A stretch of 23,681 nucleotides of DNA from Chiloscyllium plagiosum (Eukaryota): contig NC_057753.1 of NCBI RefSeq assembly GCF_004010195.1, positions 10,602,832-10,626,512 on the forward strand. Direction: 5' to 3'. The stretch's first letter is position 1; every line of letters starts with the position of its first letter. The translations under genes were made by a program, and so were the position numbers. The notes under the pieces were generated by a model. That model made no database searches, was not told where the DNA came from, and was given only the letters and a program-made list of their open reading frames with translations. Of the stretch, positions 20,463 through 23,681 are shown in pieces.

Positions 20463-21299
20463 ATGGGGAAGCCGTGGAAATGTGGGGACTGTGGGAAAGG
20501 ATTCCTTTATCCATCAGTGTTGGAAACTCCTAGACGCGTTCACACCAGGGAGATGCCGTTTACCTGCTCTCAGTGCAAGAAAGGTTTCATGAATTCTTCC
20601 AGCCTGTGTACCCACCAGCGGGTCCACACCGGGGAGAGGCCGTTCAGCTGCCCCGAGTGTGGGAAGGGATTCAGTCAGATGGGCTTTCTGCAGACGCACC
20701 AGCGGGTCCAAACGTGTGCCGTGTGCGGGAAGGGGTTCACTCAGTCAACTGAACTCATGATCCACCAGAGCGTCCATACCTGGGAAAGGCTATTCATCTG
20801 CTCAGAGTGTGGGAAAGTCTTCAATCGACTGTGCACCCTGCAGACCCACCAGTGTGTCCACATCAGGCAGAAGCTCACATGCTCAGTGGGTGGGAGGCGG
20901 TTCGCTCATTCATCTACACTGCTGATCCACAAGCAGATCCACACCGGGGAGAAGCCATTCACCTGCTCTGAGTGCGGGAAGGGATTCATGAATTCGTTCA
21001 CCCTGCTGAGGCACCAGCATGTCCACACCGGGGAGAGGCCATTCGATTGGTCCGAGTGTGGGAAGGGGTTCACTTGTTCATCTACATTGCTGACCCACAA
21101 GTGAGTCCATAGCGGGGAGAGGCCATTCATCTGCTCAGAGTGCGGGAGGGGATTCCTGAATTATTCTGCCCTGCTGACCTACCAGCGGGTTCGCACTGGG
21201 GAGACACCATTCACCTGCTCTCAGTGCGGGAAGGGCTTTACCCAGTCCTCCCACCTGCGGAGACACCAGCGAGTTCACAGGCCATCGCAGGGGGATTGA
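20463..21299 (+). pseudogene. C2H2 zinc-finger paralog (ZNF-B), 10 finger repeats, decaying or truncated
   Basis: 213-aa ORF ends at an in-frame TGA (21102-21104, in HK*VH). The same frame continues through two more fingers to ...[17 protein letters not shown] at 21299, matching the ZNF-A C-terminus. Several Zn ligands are lost (H>P, H>Q, C>G, C>W, H>Y) and two linkers are shortened. Confidence 0.8.
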
Positions 21300-21535
21300 A
21301 GGAGCGATGGCCGAGTGCCACTATCGACCAGACTATCAGCCCAGTTCCAGGGACTCCTGGGTTTGAATCCCATCGCGGCAGATGACGGCATTGGAATTTG
21401 CTCAGAAAGCTGGAGTTCTGAATCTACTGATGAAACCATGTCCTTTTTCGAGAAGAAAACTGTCGTGGCAAGAATTGATTCACTCAGTCGTCCCAACTGC
21501 ATCCTTTACCCAGTCTGGCCTACACGTGACTCCAT
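21300..21535 (+). mobile_element. tRNA-derived SINE in the ZNF-B 3' UTR (homolog of 6170-6505)
   Basis: TGGCCGAGTGC (A-box-like) and GGTTTGAATCCC (B-box-like) directly follow the ancestral stop. Confidence 0.65.
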
Positions 21536-21676
21536 ACTGGTTGTGAGGGGGGGGGGGTGCGGGTGGTGGTGTTGCTTCGACCTTGAGCTGTTTCCATATG
21601 CCTTTTGCTGGGAGATCTGAAGTTGTAACAAAGTTGGGTCACAATAAAGTTTCTTAAACTTACTGCTGGACTTGGA

Positions 21677-21794
21677 TGTATCTCTCCAGCCCCGAGATTT
21701 CTGAGCCTCATTTCTGATTTGCCCAAAACATCGATTCTCCTGCTCCTCGGATGCTGCCTGACCTGTGCTCTTCCAGCACCACATTCTTGACTTT
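21677..21794 (+). mobile_element. Penelope-related short repeat inserted in copy B only
   Basis: Contains GCCCAAAACATCGATTCTCCTGCTCCTCGGATGCTGCCTGACC. It is absent from the aligned position (~5905) in copy A. Confidence 0.7.
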
Positions 21795-22017
21795 CATTGA
21801 AAGCTGAGAGATCCAAAGGTTTCTGTTTTAAAACTGCTCATTTCTTTCAGCTTCCAGCACCAAGTTTCCAATGTCGTGTATCAGAAGGAGCAATGAATGA
21901 GTAGCTAGAATCATTAAAAATTGTAATTTTTTCAGGATTGCAGTTTCTGCATCATTTCAGTGGCATTGTAAAGTTTACTGGCAGCAGTGGCAAGTGTGGG
22001 CTGTGTTCACTAGAAAT

Positions 22018-22125
22018 GATGTGGAGGAGCCGGTCTTGGACGGGCATGGGGTCAAGAGTGTGGTGCTGATAAAGCACAGCAGGTCAGGCAGCATCAAAGG
22101 TGCAGGAAAATCAACATTTATGTCG
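22018..22125 (-). mobile_element. Penelope-related short repeat fragment
   Basis: GTGGTGCTG..AAAGCACAGCAGGTCAGGCAGCATC..AGGTGCAGGAAAATCAACATTT is the reverse complement of the 800-890 repeat. Confidence 0.65.
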
Positions 22126-22149
22126 ATTGAAGACAGATGCTACCTCAGA

Positions 22150-22458
22150 ACACTGTGCACTTGGGTTGAATTCCAGCCTTTGGCGACTGTCTGTGTGGAA
22201 TTTGCATGTTCTCCCTGGGTCTGTGTTGTTTCCGTCCCGGTGCTCCGGTTTCCTCTCTCAATTCAAAGATGTGCAGGTTAGGCGAATTGGCCATGTAAAA
22301 TTGCCCATAGTGTTCAGAGATGTGTAGGTTAGGTGCATTAGTCAGGGGTAAATGTTGAGTAATGAGGTAGGAGAATAGGTCTGTGTGGGTTACCCTTCAG
22401 AGGATTGGTGTGAACTTGTTGGGCTGAAGGGTCTGTTCCCACACTGTAGGGATTCTAT
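22150..22458 (+). mobile_element. HE1-like SINE, older diverged copy
   Basis: GGGTTGAATTCC B-box-like, GGCGACTGTCTGTGTGGAATTTGCA, AAAGATGTGCAGGTTAGG, and 3' GGGCTGAAGGGTCTGTTCCCACACTGTAGGGATTCTA. Confidence 0.8.
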
Positions 22459-22459
22459 A

Positions 22460-23120
22460 AATTTATTGACCCGGTCCTGTGTCTGGGTGAAGGAGTCAGC
22501 TGATCATCCAATATGGAGTGACATGAGGACACCTGCACCACAGAAACCATGGATATGTGCAGACTGTGGGAAGGGATACAAATGCCCATCCATGCTGGAA
22601 GTCTCATTGATGCAGTCACACTGGGGAGAAGCCATTCATCTGCTCTCTTTGTGGGAAGGGATTCAATTATCTGGCCTTGAGAAACATCAATGCACTCACA
22701 GGGAGAGAGGCCATTCAACTGCCCTGAGTGTGGGAAGGGATTCAGTGATTCATCCTACCTGCTGACGCACCAGTGAAATCACACTGGGGAGAGGCCATTC
22801 CCCTGCTCTGAGTGTGACAAAGCATTCTCTCAGTTATCAACCTCTAGGCACACCAACTGGTTAACACTGATGAGATACCTTTCAAATATTCACACTGGGA
22901 GAAAAGCTTTAAACACAGACATGAAATGCTGATACATGAGTATGTTCACACTGGGGAGAGGCCATTCCCCTGCTCTCTGTGTGGAAAACGATTTGTCCAT
23001 TCAAAAAAATCTTCTGAAACCCCAACGAATACACAGTGGTGAGAAGCTGTTACCTGCTGCTTTTGTGGGAAAGGATTTACTCAGTCATCGCATCCTCTCA
23101 GACACCAGCAAGTTCATACC
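22460..23120 (+). pseudogene. Degraded C2H2 zinc-finger pseudogene (ZNF-C)
   Basis: KPWICADCGKGYKCPSMLE start and repeated CACACTGGGGAGAGGCCATTC (HTGERPF) linkers, with multiple frameshifts and stops. Confidence 0.85.
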
Positions 23121-23429
23121 TGACTCCAGGCAGCTGTGTGCTGCTGCTATTCTCAATAATCTGATGAGTATCGCTCCTCCCCATAGGAGGACCAGGACAA
23201 GGAAATGAGGTGCTTGTGATGTCACGTGGGTAGGCCAGCAGAAGGCGGCATTGTGTTACTTTATTCTCAGAGAGAAACTCTGACTTTGAAAGAATGAATT
23301 AAAACGTGATAAAACGTTTGTCCCATTGCAGGCAGAGTTGGGCACACACAAACACATGGATACACACAGGCACAAAATCAGATTCACAGACAGCTATAAA
23401 GATACTTTCAGACACACGCTTCCAGGACA

Positions 23430-23520
23430 AAATTAAAAATCACACAACACCAGGTTATAGTCCAACAGGTTTAATTGGAAGCACACTAGCTTTTGGAGCG
23501 ACGCTCCTTCATCAGGTGCT
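23430..23520 (-). mobile_element. Penelope-related terminal repeat fragment (5595/18374 family) with hammerhead motif
   Basis: Minus strand reads CAC-CTGATGA-AGGAGCG-T-CGCTCC-AAAAG-CTA-GTG...AAACCTGTTGGACTATAACCTGGTGTTGTGTGATTTT. Confidence 0.7.
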
Positions 23521-23534
23521 TCCACCTGGTGTTG

Positions 23535-23681
23535 GATCAGTGGTGCTGGAAGAGCACAGCAATTCAGGCAGCATCCGAGGACAGGCAAAATCAATGTTTC
23601 GGGCAAAAGCCCTTCATCAGGAATAAAGGCAGAGAGCCTGAAGCGTGGAGAGATAAGCTAGAGGAGGGTGGGGGTGGGGAT
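23535..23681 (-). mobile_element. Penelope-related terminal repeat (811 family) with hammerhead motif, running off the window end
   Basis: Minus strand reads TTC-CTGATGA-AGGGC-TTTT-GCCC-GAAAC-ATT-GA. Confidence 0.72.

Noticed and set aside
21305..21380. Possible tRNA gene (A/B boxes), also at 6425-6500 and 11010-11075
   Set aside because: I could not form a cloverleaf or acceptor stem, and each continues into a SINE body. They are SINE heads.

Overview
Eukaryotic, repeat-rich genomic DNA, most likely from a shark or other cartilaginous fish. This is inferred from HE1-like tRNA-derived SINEs with (TCTAA)n tails, CR1/HER1-type LINE 3' ends and MxKPWKC-type tandem zinc-finger genes. The window is part of a C2H2 zinc-finger (ZNF) cluster with no KRAB domain visible. 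It holds one intact 8-finger ORF (6506-7195, -), an inverted and decaying 10-finger paralog (20463-21299, +) and a frameshifted ZNF pseudogene (~22460-23120, +). The first two lie in a multi-kb inverted duplication that includes upstream DNA, the splice acceptor, a SINE-derived 3' UTR and the AATAAA. Two CpG-rich promoters and one decayed one are visible. The rest is L1/Tx1-like, CR1, SINE and Penelope-like (GIY-YIG) retroelement debris, plus two N gaps. The most notable hidden signal is a set of about nine minimal type-I hammerhead-ribozyme motifs from several Penelope-related families, two with intact catalytic cores. I see no convincing evidence of a wholly new biological system; the best leads are listed under findings.
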